A stretch of DNA of 64,000 nt. Source: Prevotella sp. UBA6447. GTDB lineage: Bacteria > Bacteroidota > Bacteroidia > Bacteroidales > Bacteroidaceae. The stretch is taken from positions 1,752-65,751 of the forward strand of contig DJOD01000049.1 of NCBI GenBank assembly GCA_002437115.1, read 5' to 3'. The translations under genes and the position numbers were made by a program. Below, piece after piece: positions 30,856 through 40,359 of this stretch (the first letter of the stretch is position 1; each line of letters starts with the position of its first letter). The notes beneath the pieces are model-generated. The model made no database searches. It was not told where the DNA came from and worked only from the letters and a program-made list of their open reading frames with translations.

Positions 30856-32508
30856 TCATCGTGGGTGAGAAGGGGCTATCCCTAATGACTTTTTCCCTTC
30901 ATGTATGAAAATTTGTCCGGCAACAGGCGTTGTTAAGCGCTTGCCGTCAATGCTGTAATATGGATGATTGCCTGAAGGTACAGCTTCGGTGTTTTTGATG
31001 GAAGAGACAATTCCTCCATAAGGAATGAGCAACGAGACGATGCTTTCGGCAGGAAGTTTCACATCCACATGCCATGCGGAAGAGAGGTCAGACACTCCTG
31101 CGTTTATATCAGCTGCACTGCTGTTGGACATGAGTACGGCATACGAACCGTCAGGGTTGCGAAATGCTGCACTTGCTATACCGTCTGTTTTACGAGAAAA
31201 AAGACGTACTGCCCCTGGGCGCACTACGGCTGATGCTTGGCATATGACAAAATAGTGACGGTTTAAGTTGAGACTACTGTAATTTCTTGAGTCGATGTCC
31301 ACCGCGCCATAGCAATTCTGGCAGCCCCCTTGCAGCTTCGGGCCACCATTATTGTCAAGCATCAGGTTCCAATAAATCACCGCCGCGCAGTACTGGTTCA
31401 GCAGACCGATCATCAAGCGTTCCATGTCCTCATTGAGATGCGTTCTGCTGTTAACGTTGGTCGTTCCGCGTCCCAAATCGCGTCCATCGTTCCATTCGCC
31501 GAGCGATGCTTCTGTGAAGATTACTTGTTTCCCAGGTTTCTTGTTGTGAATGTCGCCTATTTCAGATGGATCGCCTCCATAGTCGTGGTAAGCTGCACCG
31601 ACGACAAGTTCGCTACCCTCAAAATAGCTGCCAAGAGTGTTATACACCTTTATTGGGTAATCATTCTGATCTTTTATGTCATCATAGTCGAAATTATGGT
31701 CGTAAACGTATATTTTCGTTTTCAAGCCTTTCTGTTTGAACGTTGACGCGAGAACTTTCACGAATTTGGCTTCGTCGTCCCACGGCATTTTGGTGCTGGC
31801 TGTATTGCCCCAGTTGAGCGGTTCGTTCTGCGGGCTTACGGCGTAAATGTCTATTCCCTGGTTTTTCATTGCTTCAATAAACTTGACGAAATAGTCGGCA
31901 TACGTCTGCCGATATTTGGGGTTAAGATAACCGCCTATCCATGTAGGCCAAGCTATACTGCCATCTCGCGTGAGCGATTTCATCCATCGCGGACATGACC
32001 AGGGAGTCGCTATAATCTTAATGTTGGGATTGATGGCCAGTATTTCCTTGAGCACGGGTATGATGTATTTGTTTTCATCCTGCTGCAAGGCAAAATGCTC
32101 CAATCCCTCTTCATCGCATAGTGAATAAGTGTTGCTGGAGAAGTCGCAGCTTCCAATGGCTATCCGGGCATAGCTTACCCCATACCCCTCCGTAGGCGAA
32201 TAGGTTTGGCGAAGGAAGCTGTCGCGATTTTCTTGAGACATTTGCATCAGGTTATAGCAAGATGCATACGTGAGGGCAAACCCCAAACCTTCTATTGTCT
32301 GGTATTTTACAGAAGTGTTGAACAGTAGTTGCTTGTCGGCCAATGATTTGCCAGATTGCACAGCTACTACCTCTTTTGATAGTTTAAGACTACCGTCTGA
32401 TGTTGTTGTGTAGACAGTGGCAGTCTGTGCAGTCATCTGCGTAGCTAACAGGAAAAAGACCATAGGCAAGACAGTTTTCCTGATGTTTCTTAGATTTTTG
32501 TATGCCAT
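30856..32508 (-). CDS. Secreted GH30 (probable GH30_3 endo-beta-1,6-glucanase) with C-terminal sorting domain
   Basis: RIAIGSCDFS, QNEPLN (acid/base), IFTEASLG (nucleophile), WNLMLD..GP..GGCQNCYGAVDI; tail YSIDGKRL. Confidence 0.88.
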   Translation of the reverse strand: MAYKNLRNIRKTVLPMVFFLLATQMTAQTATVYTTTSDGSLKLSKEVVAVQSGKSLADKQLLFNTSVKYQTIEGLGFALTYASCYNLMQMSQENRDSFLRQTYSPTEGYGVSYARIAIGSCDFSSNTYSLCDEEGLEHFALQQDENKYIIPVLKEILAINPNIKIIATPWSCPRWMKSLTRDGSIAWPTWIGGYLNPKYRQTYADYFVKFIEAMKNQGIDIYAVSPQNEPLNWGNTASTKMPWDDEAKFVKVLASTFKQKGLKTKIYVYDHNFDYDDIKDQNDYPIKVYNTLGSYFEGSELVVGAAYHDYGGDPSEIGDIHNKKPGKQVIFTEASLGEWNDGRDLGRGTTNVNSRTHLNEDMERLMIGLLNQYCAAVIYWNLMLDNNGGPKLQGGCQNCYGAVDIDSRNYSSLNLNRHYFVICQASAVVRPGAVRLFSRKTDGIASAAFRNPDGSYAVLMSNSSAADINAGVSDLSSAWHVDVKLPAESIVSLLIPYGGIVSSIKNTEAVPSGNHPYYSIDGKRLTTPVAGQIFIHEGKKSLGIAPSHPR

Positions 32509-32585
32509 TTTTGTGTTTTATAATTTTTGATTAAATATATAGTGGGAAAGACAACCTCAATCAGCTTGCCCTTTGTATATGCGAA

Positions 32586-32652
32586 ACGCCCTACAACGAG
32601 CAAAAACAGCCTCACGCGAAGGGCTTTTGTGTTTTTGCCCGTTGCAGGGCGT
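32586..32652 (-). other. Long RNA hairpin upstream of the GH30 gene
   Basis: 23-nt arms whose two mismatches are G-U wobbles only on the minus strand. Confidence 0.65.
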
Positions 32653-32743
32653 GTGATTCGGTGATAAATCTTTTTCCAAGAAAGGCTTGCCTTTGACAGT
32701 GGTAAGTGACTTGGGTTTTGTCTGACGGGCAGTCGGTCTTCGG

Positions 32744-35584
32744 TCACTCGACGACTTTTCTGCCCTCAGTGATGTAGATGCCGTGGGCCTGGTTGGGGTT
32801 GATGGCCTGTCCGCCCAGGGTGTAGTGGCGTGCGCGGCCCTTGCGGCGGGTGATAGCCTTGATGGCCGTCGGCGTGTATGTCTTCTGAATTTCGTCGGCG
32901 GTCAGGGCGATGTCGTAGAGGCGGAAGTTGTCGATGGTTCCCACCACGTCGCCATTGTCGGCGTTGCTGTCCCACCACTGGGTGCGGCCGATGTAGTTGC
33001 GGGTGTCTTGCGCCTGCGACACGAGCTGCCACGGCTCGTAGGTCACGTTGGTGCCCTCGGCCACCTTCACGCCATCGGCGTAGATGGCCAGCTTGTGTTC
33101 GGCGGCGTTGAAGGTGACGGCCAGACGCACCGTCTTGCCGAGCGGCATGGCCTGCTTCGACTCCACCATGAGTGTCGAGCCGCCTCCCATCTTGCAGCCG
33201 GCTGAGTAGAGGCCATTGGCCGTGAGCCGCAAGAAGACGCTGTTGCCCGAACCCGACCCAAAGTCGTAGAGGCGCGGCATCTTCTCGCGCCCTTTGAGGT
33301 TGGCGTCGAGCATGAAGGTGTAGGAGCGCAGGCTGCCCACCAGTCCGGCGGGAGCCAGGCCATAGCCGTTGGTGGAAAAGGCCACGGGACTGTTGGCCGT
33401 GAGGTCGAGCGTTCCGTTGACCTTGGCCGTCCCCATCACCTTCAGCGCGCCGGCGTGGCCGCTATGGTCGGCCACGGCGTTGTCGGTCGAGAGGTCAGCC
33501 TCGTCGAAGGTGTAGTAGGCGCGCAGGTTCTTCTCCACCTGGCGCGGCTCCACCAGCACCTGCCAGTGTAGCGTGTCGCCGCCCACCGTGGCGGTGAGCG
33601 TCACGGGAGTCTCCTCGGCGGGCAAGTTGACCAGTCCGTTGTCGGCAACGACCGCCGTGTTGCTGCTTTTCCAGGTTAGGGGCAGGCCCTGCACCGCTTG
33701 GGGCAGCACCAAGTCGGTGCGCACCGTGTCGGGCACGCTGATGAGCGAGGCCAGCAGGCGGTTGCGCAGCGCGCCCACCTCGTTTTGGTTGAGTGCGCGG
33801 CTCCACAGCTGCACGTCTGTCGCGAGCTTTCCGCCCTTCACGTTGCTGAGTGTTAGCCCCTTGGTGTCGATGCTGAGCTCCAGCATCTCGTTGCGGTAGA
33901 GGCGCAGCTCGTTGCCGTCGTAGGTGGCAGTGACGAGCGCGTCTGTGATGGTCGTCAGGTGCGTGTCGCCGCTGGTTCCCGTAGAGGTTGTGGCCCAGTC
34001 GTCGGATGAGTAGAAGAGGTTGCAGCTCTTCACGGTGCGCTCCTTGTCCGCCTCGTGCAGCGTGGCAAACAAGTGTCCGTCGGCGGTGAGCCCCACTGTC
34101 AGGTTGTCGCTCGCGAAGAGCGTTGCCCCGTCGTTGGCTTGCGCGCCCTTGTCCTGGTGGAGCGAGGCCGCCACGGAGAAGGCGGTGAGCCCTTCGGCAG
34201 AAGCTACCTGCTGGTCGGTGAGGTTCACCGTCTGTTGCGGCAGGTTGTAGTCGCACACCACGCTTGTGGGGTATCCCTTGGGATAGTTCTTGTTGACCAT
34301 CCAATAGTAGTAGTCGCCGTTCATCCAGGTCAGGCGCAACGCGCTGTTCTTGGAGCCCGGCAGGATGTAGGGGCGCATGTTGTTCTTTGTAGAGTTGCTC
34401 GTCACCTGTTGCTTGGTTGCCACGGAACCGTCGTCGGCTATTGTGTATTTCCAGATTTCGTAGACCCCATCCTTGTTGTAGGCACCGTTGGCGGTGGGGA
34501 TGGAGAGGTAGAGGTCGCCCACGTTGTCGGGGTCGATGGCCATGCCGCCGCTGTAGCAACGCTCCGTGCGGTTCCAGTTCTGGTGGAAGGCGTGCCCGCC
34601 ATATTGCACCCATGTGTCGCGCCAGGCTTTGCCCGTCCAGCGGGCGTAGTGGTAGACGTGTTTAGTCTTGTCGTTGTCGATGTGTACCAGGGCGATGACC
34701 GGTTGCTTCTCCTTGTTGAGGGCAATCTGCCACACCCAGTTGCGCACATTGTCGCTGTGGTCGACCACGGTGTAGGGATATTGGCTGAGGTACGCGTTCG
34801 TCTTGTTGACGCTGAAGACCCCGTCGGCCACCGTCTTGAGCTTGTTGCCCTTGATGTCGCGCAGGATGGGACCCTTGCCCTTGTTGATGTCGATGACGTT
34901 GAAGTAGAGCCAGTTGGGCATCTCGTTGTCAGGATGCCCGGTGGTGTAGGCCAGGTAAATCTTGTCCTTGCCGTTGCTTTGGTACTTGGCGTAGGGTCTT
35001 GCGCCTGTTGACTGCACAATCTGCTTGGGGCCGAAGTCGACGGTCACGTTGTCGTTGTCGTCGGGCAGGGTGATGCGTGCCATTGTGGGGTGCCAGTTGA
35101 TGCCGCGCCAGCAGAGGTAGATGTGCTTTGGGTCGTCGCTGAGGATGAAAGGCGAGGGGTAGGTGGTGTTGTTTGCCACGCTGATGAACTTCTCCTCTCC
35201 TAACTGCGATATGTCACCCGGTTTGACCGACACGCGATACCAGATTTTTGGCTCGTCGGTGTGGCGCGTGTAGAAAATCATGACGCGCTCGTCGGGCAGC
35301 ACGATAAACGTGGGGTTATTGTGGTCGTCGGGCTGGAAGGCTGAGCGCACCAGCACCTCCGTCCGCCGGTTGCGGAGGAAGTCCATTTGCGTGGCCTTGA
35401 CATTGCCGTGCACGTCGATGTAGCCTATGTAAGAGGCGTTGATGGTTCCGCTGGTGTTCTCATAGTGGAGCGCGCGCGGGTCTGCAAACCAGCACCAGGC
35501 ACCCTCGTTGCTGACGGTGTGTGAGGCAAGCGCGCCAACGAAGGCGACCAGCGCCAGAACGGCGGATAAGAAAAAACGTTTCAT
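32744..35584 (-). CDS. Secreted BNR_4-type beta-propeller protein with Ig-like and LamG domains and C-terminal sorting domain
   Basis: Signal peptide, EGAWCWFADPRA, DDHNNP, YPSP, RPYAKY; LamG NYIGR..W, IDNFRLYDIALT; tail YTLGGQ. Confidence 0.75.
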   Translation of the reverse strand: MKRFFLSAVLALVAFVGALASHTVSNEGAWCWFADPRALHYENTSGTINASYIGYIDVHGNVKATQMDFLRNRRTEVLVRSAFQPDDHNNPTFIVLPDERVMIFYTRHTDEPKIWYRVSVKPGDISQLGEEKFISVANNTTYPSPFILSDDPKHIYLCWRGINWHPTMARITLPDDNDNVTVDFGPKQIVQSTGARPYAKYQSNGKDKIYLAYTTGHPDNEMPNWLYFNVIDINKGKGPILRDIKGNKLKTVADGVFSVNKTNAYLSQYPYTVVDHSDNVRNWVWQIALNKEKQPVIALVHIDNDKTKHVYHYARWTGKAWRDTWVQYGGHAFHQNWNRTERCYSGGMAIDPDNVGDLYLSIPTANGAYNKDGVYEIWKYTIADDGSVATKQQVTSNSTKNNMRPYILPGSKNSALRLTWMNGDYYYWMVNKNYPKGYPTSVVCDYNLPQQTVNLTDQQVASAEGLTAFSVAASLHQDKGAQANDGATLFASDNLTVGLTADGHLFATLHEADKERTVKSCNLFYSSDDWATTSTGTSGDTHLTTITDALVTATYDGNELRLYRNEMLELSIDTKGLTLSNVKGGKLATDVQLWSRALNQNEVGALRNRLLASLISVPDTVRTDLVLPQAVQGLPLTWKSSNTAVVADNGLVNLPAEETPVTLTATVGGDTLHWQVLVEPRQVEKNLRAYYTFDEADLSTDNAVADHSGHAGALKVMGTAKVNGTLDLTANSPVAFSTNGYGLAPAGLVGSLRSYTFMLDANLKGREKMPRLYDFGSGSGNSVFLRLTANGLYSAGCKMGGGSTLMVESKQAMPLGKTVRLAVTFNAAEHKLAIYADGVKVAEGTNVTYEPWQLVSQAQDTRNYIGRTQWWDSNADNGDVVGTIDNFRLYDIALTADEIQKTYTPTAIKAITRRKGRARHYTLGGQAINPNQAHGIYITEGRKVVE

Positions 35585-36981
35585 TTGTTGTTTGGGTATT
35601 GTTGGTTATTGTTTTTTAGGTGGCGGTATAGCAGGCAGAAAGCCGGAACAAGGAACACGTCGGCTGCCACCCATGCCACAGGGTCGCCCAGGCAAACGCC
35701 AGTGAAAGCCAGTGCGGGCACGAGCCATAGGCTGACTCCGCAGCGCGCGATCATCTCCATCACGCCCGAGAGCATGGACAGGTTGCTGTAGCCCAGGCCC
35801 TGGATGCTGTAGCGCAGGATGGTGAGCAGTCCCAAGGTCGGGTAGAAATAGTTGGCGATGCGCATGAACTGGGCGGCGTTGGCGATGACTGCCTGTTCCG
35901 AGCTGTCCACAAACAAGGCCATCATGGTATCGGCGAAAGGATAGATGAGGAGGAACGTGATGACGAAATATACCATCATGATGCGCACCGCGTCGAGCAC
36001 GCCCCGCCGGATGCGCTCAATCTGGTGGGCACCAATGTTCTGTCCACAGTAGGTGGCCATGGCTACGCCGATGTTCTCAAAGACACACGTGAAGAGGTAC
36101 TTGATGCGCATGGCGGCCGTGAACGAGGCCACGTAGAGGGTGCCAAGCGCGTTGTTGGCACTCTGGAGCATGATGATGCCGATGCCCGTGATGGAGAACT
36201 GGAGCCCCATGGGCACGCCATTGTTGAGCAGGATGGAGATGCGCTTGTTGTCGTAGGCGCGCTCGTCGCCTTGTGGGATGAGGATGGTCATCTTGTGGCG
36301 GATGAAGCCGTAGCACAGGACTGACGAGAACGCCTGGGCCAGGAGCGTGGCCAAGCCAGCCCCCATGACCCCCATGCCGAGCACGAGAATGAGCAACACG
36401 TCGAGCGCAATGTTGAATAACGACGAGAAGATGAGAAAATAGAATGGGTGCTTGCTGTCGCCCAGGGCGCGGATGAGGCCTGCCTGCAGGTTGTAGGCAA
36501 TGGTGAAAGGAATGGCGAGGAACTGGAGGAAGAGGAACACCCAGGCGTCATGGAAAATATCGGCAGGCGTGTTGACGATGCGTAGGATATGGGAACAGAA
36601 GGCGCAACTGAGTAAGGTGATGACCACGGCGAACACCACACCGATGCGTGTGGCGTTGCTCACGTAGCTCCGCATCTTGGCATAGTCCTTGGCCCCAAAA
36701 GCCTGGGCGACGGGGATGGCGAAGCCAGCGCAGGAGCCGTTGCAGAAGCCCATGATGAGAAACATGACACTGGCCGAGGCTCCCACGGCGGCCAGCGCGT
36801 CCACGCCAATCCACCGTCCGACGATGGCCGCGTCAATCACCTGGTACATCTGCTGCAGGATGTAGCCCAGCACCAGCGGCACGGCAAAGCGTAAGATTCC
36901 CCGGGCCGGTGATCCCACGGTCATGTCGGTCATGCCCCCTTGGGTGTGGGCTGGTTGGTTGTGAGGGTTCATGGATGTCAT
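35581..36981 (-). CDS. MATE family efflux transporter
   Basis: DMTVGSP, QQMYQVIDAAIVGR.IG..ALAAVG, RALGDSKHP, GQNIGA. Confidence 0.93.
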   Translation of the reverse strand: MTSMNPHNQPAHTQGGMTDMTVGSPARGILRFAVPLVLGYILQQMYQVIDAAIVGRWIGVDALAAVGASASVMFLIMGFCNGSCAGFAIPVAQAFGAKDYAKMRSYVSNATRIGVVFAVVITLLSCAFCSHILRIVNTPADIFHDAWVFLFLQFLAIPFTIAYNLQAGLIRALGDSKHPFYFLIFSSLFNIALDVLLILVLGMGVMGAGLATLLAQAFSSVLCYGFIRHKMTILIPQGDERAYDNKRISILLNNGVPMGLQFSITGIGIIMLQSANNALGTLYVASFTAAMRIKYLFTCVFENIGVAMATYCGQNIGAHQIERIRRGVLDAVRIMMVYFVITFLLIYPFADTMMALFVDSSEQAVIANAAQFMRIANYFYPTLGLLTILRYSIQGLGYSNLSMLSGVMEMIARCGVSLWLVPALAFTGVCLGDPVAWVAADVFLVPAFCLLYRHLKNNNQQYPNNK

Positions 36982-37397
36982 ATCAGAATGTCGTCAAGAT
37001 TGATGTCGGATCCCAGCATGCCCTTGATGGCGGACAACTTGGCTCGGCGCGTGAGTGAAAAGTCAGAGCTGTGGCGATCCACGTAATTGAAAAGTAGAAA
37101 CGACTTCTCGAGCAGCATGTCGCGCAGCGGTTTCTGCTTGTAGCTGCCCTCCACGTAGAGCAGCTCGGCCAGCATCTCCAGTTGCTGTGCGCGTCGGTCG
37201 GGTGCCCACTGGTCGTTGGCATAGCCGATGGCCTCGGTGGCCGTGAGGTTGCGCAGGGTGTCGTAGTCGCCCACATACTGGCGGTAAAGGTCACGCAGGT
37301 CATCGTCGGTGCGCTTGTCGATGTCTTTCTCAAGGAACCGACTGACAGCAGCCATGAATTCCTCGACAATACGGATGAAATAGTCGCGTTGTAGCAT
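36978..37397 (-). CDS. Conserved hypothetical helical protein
   Basis: MLQRDYFIRIVEEF; host-like codon usage; stop overlaps the MATE ATG. Confidence 0.7.
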   Translation of the reverse strand: MLQRDYFIRIVEEFMAAVSRFLEKDIDKRTDDDLRDLYRQYVGDYDTLRNLTATEAIGYANDQWAPDRRAQQLEMLAELLYVEGSYKQKPLRDMLLEKSFLLFNYVDRHSSDFSLTRRAKLSAIKGMLGSDINLDDILI

Positions 37398-37402
37398 GGT
37401 GG

Positions 37403-39376
37403 TCAAGCGTTTTTTCCGGCGGGCAACGTCTCGTCGGTGGGTGTCGCGGTGGCAGAAGGCTCGTGTCGCAACGCCTGTATGTAGTCGAAAAGTTTCTTGT
37501 AGAACGGGTGGCGTGTCATGGTGGCGGCGTCTCCCAGGATGATGAGCTTCATGCGAGCGCGCGTGATGGCCACGTTCATGCGGCGCAGGTCGCGCAGGAA
37601 GCCTATCTGCCCGTCGTCGTTGGCACGCACGAGCGAGATGAGGATGATGTCGCGCTCCTGCCCTTGGAAGCCGTCCACGGTGTTGACGGAGATGAGCTGC
37701 CGGAAGGGCTTGAAGAACTCGCGCCGCTTGATGAGGTGGCGGAGGTATTGCACCTGCGCGCGGTAGGGCGATATGACCCCCACGTCGATGCGCTCGTCGA
37801 GGATGCGCTGCTTGCCAATCTTCGTGAAGTATTGTTGCAGGGTGAGGAGCGTGAGCGCCGCCTCGCCCTTGTTGACCCGGCCGAAGCTCTCACCCACAAA
37901 CTGTTCCTTGAAGGAAGGCTCATCGGGTCCCACCTCCATCTGAGAGGTGTCGATCCACGTGAACGGGTAGTCGAGGTCGAGGATGCTGCGATGGCTCACC
38001 TGTGGTGCTGTCTGCACCTTGCCCCCGTAGAAATAGTCGGAGCTGAAGCGCATGATGTCGTCGTTCATGCGATACTGCACCTGCAGGAGCGTCACGCACT
38101 CGGGCTTTTGCTCCACGATGCGCTCCATGAGTGTCTTGCCCAGTCCGGCCTTGAGGGCAGCAATGCTCTTCACGGTAGGCGGAAGCTGGCAGTGGTCGCC
38201 CGCCAGGATGACGCGCCCGGCACGCCGGATGGCTATCCAGCAGGCCGCCTCAAGGGCTTGTGCGGCCTCGTCGATGAAGAGGGTAGAGAACTTTTGTCCC
38301 TCCAGCAGGCGACCGGCTGTTCCCACCAGCGTGGAGGCGATGACACGAGCCTGTCCGAACAGGTCGCTGCGGATGCGTATCTCGAGCTCCGTGGCGCGTG
38401 CCTTCAGCCGCTCCACCTTTTGGTGGTAGCTGTCGTCGCGTCCCTTGCGCCGTTGCCTAAGTTCGAGGATGGCCTTGCGTATGGCCCAGAGTTGTGGGTA
38501 GTCGGGGTGGGCCTCAAACTGTCGTTCATAGGTGAAGCCCAGCATCTTGTCGTTGACACGTGTGGGGTTACCGATGCGCAGCACACGGATGCCCCGGTCG
38601 GCGAGCTTCTCAGAGATCCAGTCGACAGCCATGTTGCTTTGCGCGCACACCAGCACCTGGCTCTCGCGCATCAGCGTCTCGTTGATGGCCTCTACCAAGG
38701 TGGTGGTCTTTCCCGTTCCGGGTGGGCCGTGTACTACCTCGACGTCCTTGGCTCGCAGCACCTCGTTGACGGCCCGCTCCTGTGTGGGGTTGAGCCAGGG
38801 GAATCGCAATGGCTCGAAAGAATAGGTCTGGGGTTTCATCTTCGAGTAGAACAGGTCGCGCAGGTAGGCCAGCCGCCCAGTCTTGGCTTTCATCACGCGG
38901 TCGAGCGCGTCGAACATGCAGCGGTAGCTCGTCTCGTCGAAGAAGAGCTGTACGCCGATGGGCTGCTCGCACGCCTGCAGGTCGAAGGCGTGACCTTCGG
39001 GGATGACGACCACCATGCGGTCGCCGTCGACAAACGACACGGTGCCTGTGAAATTGAAGTAGTGGATGGTGCCCTTGTCTGCTGGTGAGGTGGGCGACGG
39101 GGTGTCGACCCGCCAGAACACGACAGGCTTTCCGAACTCAAAGTTGTGCTCCACGTCTTGGTCGGCTGCTCGCGACACCTCGATGCAATACTGGTTGAGC
39201 GAGTTGTAGTAGGTGCGTCCGGTGGCGATGGGATACCAGGCGTCGCCGCGTTTCACCTTGCGCGCGAGCCCCATTCCCTCGGTCTGCTTGCGAAACGCTT
39301 CTTTCTCCGCCTGGTATTCCATCTGGAGCAACAGGCGTTGTTGTTGCAATGCTTGAAGTGGCGATACTGCGTTCAT
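37403..39376 (-). CDS. SF1 helicase, UPF1/IGHMBP2-like (AAA_11/AAA_12)
   Basis: HGPPGTGKTTT, DEAAQ, GDHCQLPP, QYRM, TVDGFQGQERD, RRMNVAITRA; promoter TAACTTTG at 39382-39389 on minus strand. Confidence 0.93.
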   Translation of the reverse strand: MNAVSPLQALQQQRLLLQMEYQAEKEAFRKQTEGMGLARKVKRGDAWYPIATGRTYYNSLNQYCIEVSRAADQDVEHNFEFGKPVVFWRVDTPSPTSPADKGTIHYFNFTGTVSFVDGDRMVVVIPEGHAFDLQACEQPIGVQLFFDETSYRCMFDALDRVMKAKTGRLAYLRDLFYSKMKPQTYSFEPLRFPWLNPTQERAVNEVLRAKDVEVVHGPPGTGKTTTLVEAINETLMRESQVLVCAQSNMAVDWISEKLADRGIRVLRIGNPTRVNDKMLGFTYERQFEAHPDYPQLWAIRKAILELRQRRKGRDDSYHQKVERLKARATELEIRIRSDLFGQARVIASTLVGTAGRLLEGQKFSTLFIDEAAQALEAACWIAIRRAGRVILAGDHCQLPPTVKSIAALKAGLGKTLMERIVEQKPECVTLLQVQYRMNDDIMRFSSDYFYGGKVQTAPQVSHRSILDLDYPFTWIDTSQMEVGPDEPSFKEQFVGESFGRVNKGEAALTLLTLQQYFTKIGKQRILDERIDVGVISPYRAQVQYLRHLIKRREFFKPFRQLISVNTVDGFQGQERDIILISLVRANDDGQIGFLRDLRRMNVAITRARMKLIILGDAATMTRHPFYKKLFDYIQALRHEPSATATPTDETLPAGKNA

Positions 39377-39564
39377 GTATGCAAAGTTATGAAAAAGTGA
39401 CCATATAGCGTAGCAAGAAAAGATTAATTAGTGTTGCATGGCTTCCCATTTCTGTTTTTTGTCGTCACATTCAATAAGAAGAGATAGCTGCATCCCGGCA
39501 AAAAATATATAAGTCTTGCAGCCTTTTATTTTGTGTTGCTCTCGGTTTGCATTACCTTTGCGGC

Positions 39565-40359
39565 ATGAATCAGTTGTGTGTTGCAGATTTGTCGGTGGGT
39601 TATGGCCACAGTGTGGTGGCCTCGGGCCTTACCGCCTGCTTGGCAGGTGGTGAGCTGACGGTGCTCATCGGGCGCAATGGCATGGGCAAGTCGACGTTGC
39701 TCCGCACGTTGGCAGGCGTGCAACCACCGCTGGCCGGCACGGTGACGCTGGTTGCCGATGGCACGCGCCAGCCGTTGGCGGAGCTCAGTCAGCACGCACG
39801 CTCACGGTGGATTAGCGTGGTGCTTACCGACCGCGTGGAAGTGCCCCAGCTTCGTGTGGAAGACGTGGTAGGTTTTGGTCGCATGCCCTACACGGGTTTC
39901 TTCGGCCGTCTGGGTGACGCAGACCGTCGGATGGTCGACGAGGCGTTGCGCCTGACGGGTCTGCAACCCTTGGCAGGGCGACAAGTAGGCACGTTGAGTG
40001 ATGGCGAGCGGCAGAAGATGATGATAGCCAAGGCTCTTGCACAGCAGACTCCGGTAGTGTTACTTGATGAACCGACGGCGTTTCTCGACTATCCCAGCAA
40101 GGTCGACACGATGCGGCTGTTGCGCTCACTGGCCCACGACACGGGCAAGGTCATCGTGCTCTCCACGCACGACCTCAACCTGGCCGTGCGGCTGGCCGAC
40201 CGCTTGTTGACACTGGGCAAGGGGCTCGTCGAAGTCGACAAGGTTGTGTTGGGCCAGCGGTTAGAATCCTTGCTGGCACATCCGGAGAAGGCGGGCGAGC
40301 TGTGGGACGACACTGTGCCGGAAGCCGACAACGCGTCTGGCCCGCCGGTTATCCCATGA
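39565..40359 (+). CDS. ABC transporter ATP-binding protein (iron-siderophore/cobalamin type)
   Basis: GRNGMGKST, LSDGERQK, LLDEPTAFLD, STHD; promoter TTTG 39530 and TACCTTTG 39553. Confidence 0.9.
   Translation: MNQLCVADLSVGYGHSVVASGLTACLAGGELTVLIGRNGMGKSTLLRTLAGVQPPLAGTVTLVADGTRQPLAELSQHARSRWISVVLTDRVEVPQLRVEDVVGFGRMPYTGFFGRLGDADRRMVDEALRLTGLQPLAGRQVGTLSDGERQKMMIAKALAQQTPVVLLDEPTAFLDYPSKVDTMRLLRSLAHDTGKVIVLSTHDLNLAVRLADRLLTLGKGLVEVDKVVLGQRLESLLAHPEKAGELWDDTVPEADNASGPPVIP

Noticed and set aside
37403..39376. UPF1-like helicase as an anti-phage defence system
   Set aside because: Host-like codon usage, no nuclease or effector domain, and no defence-island context
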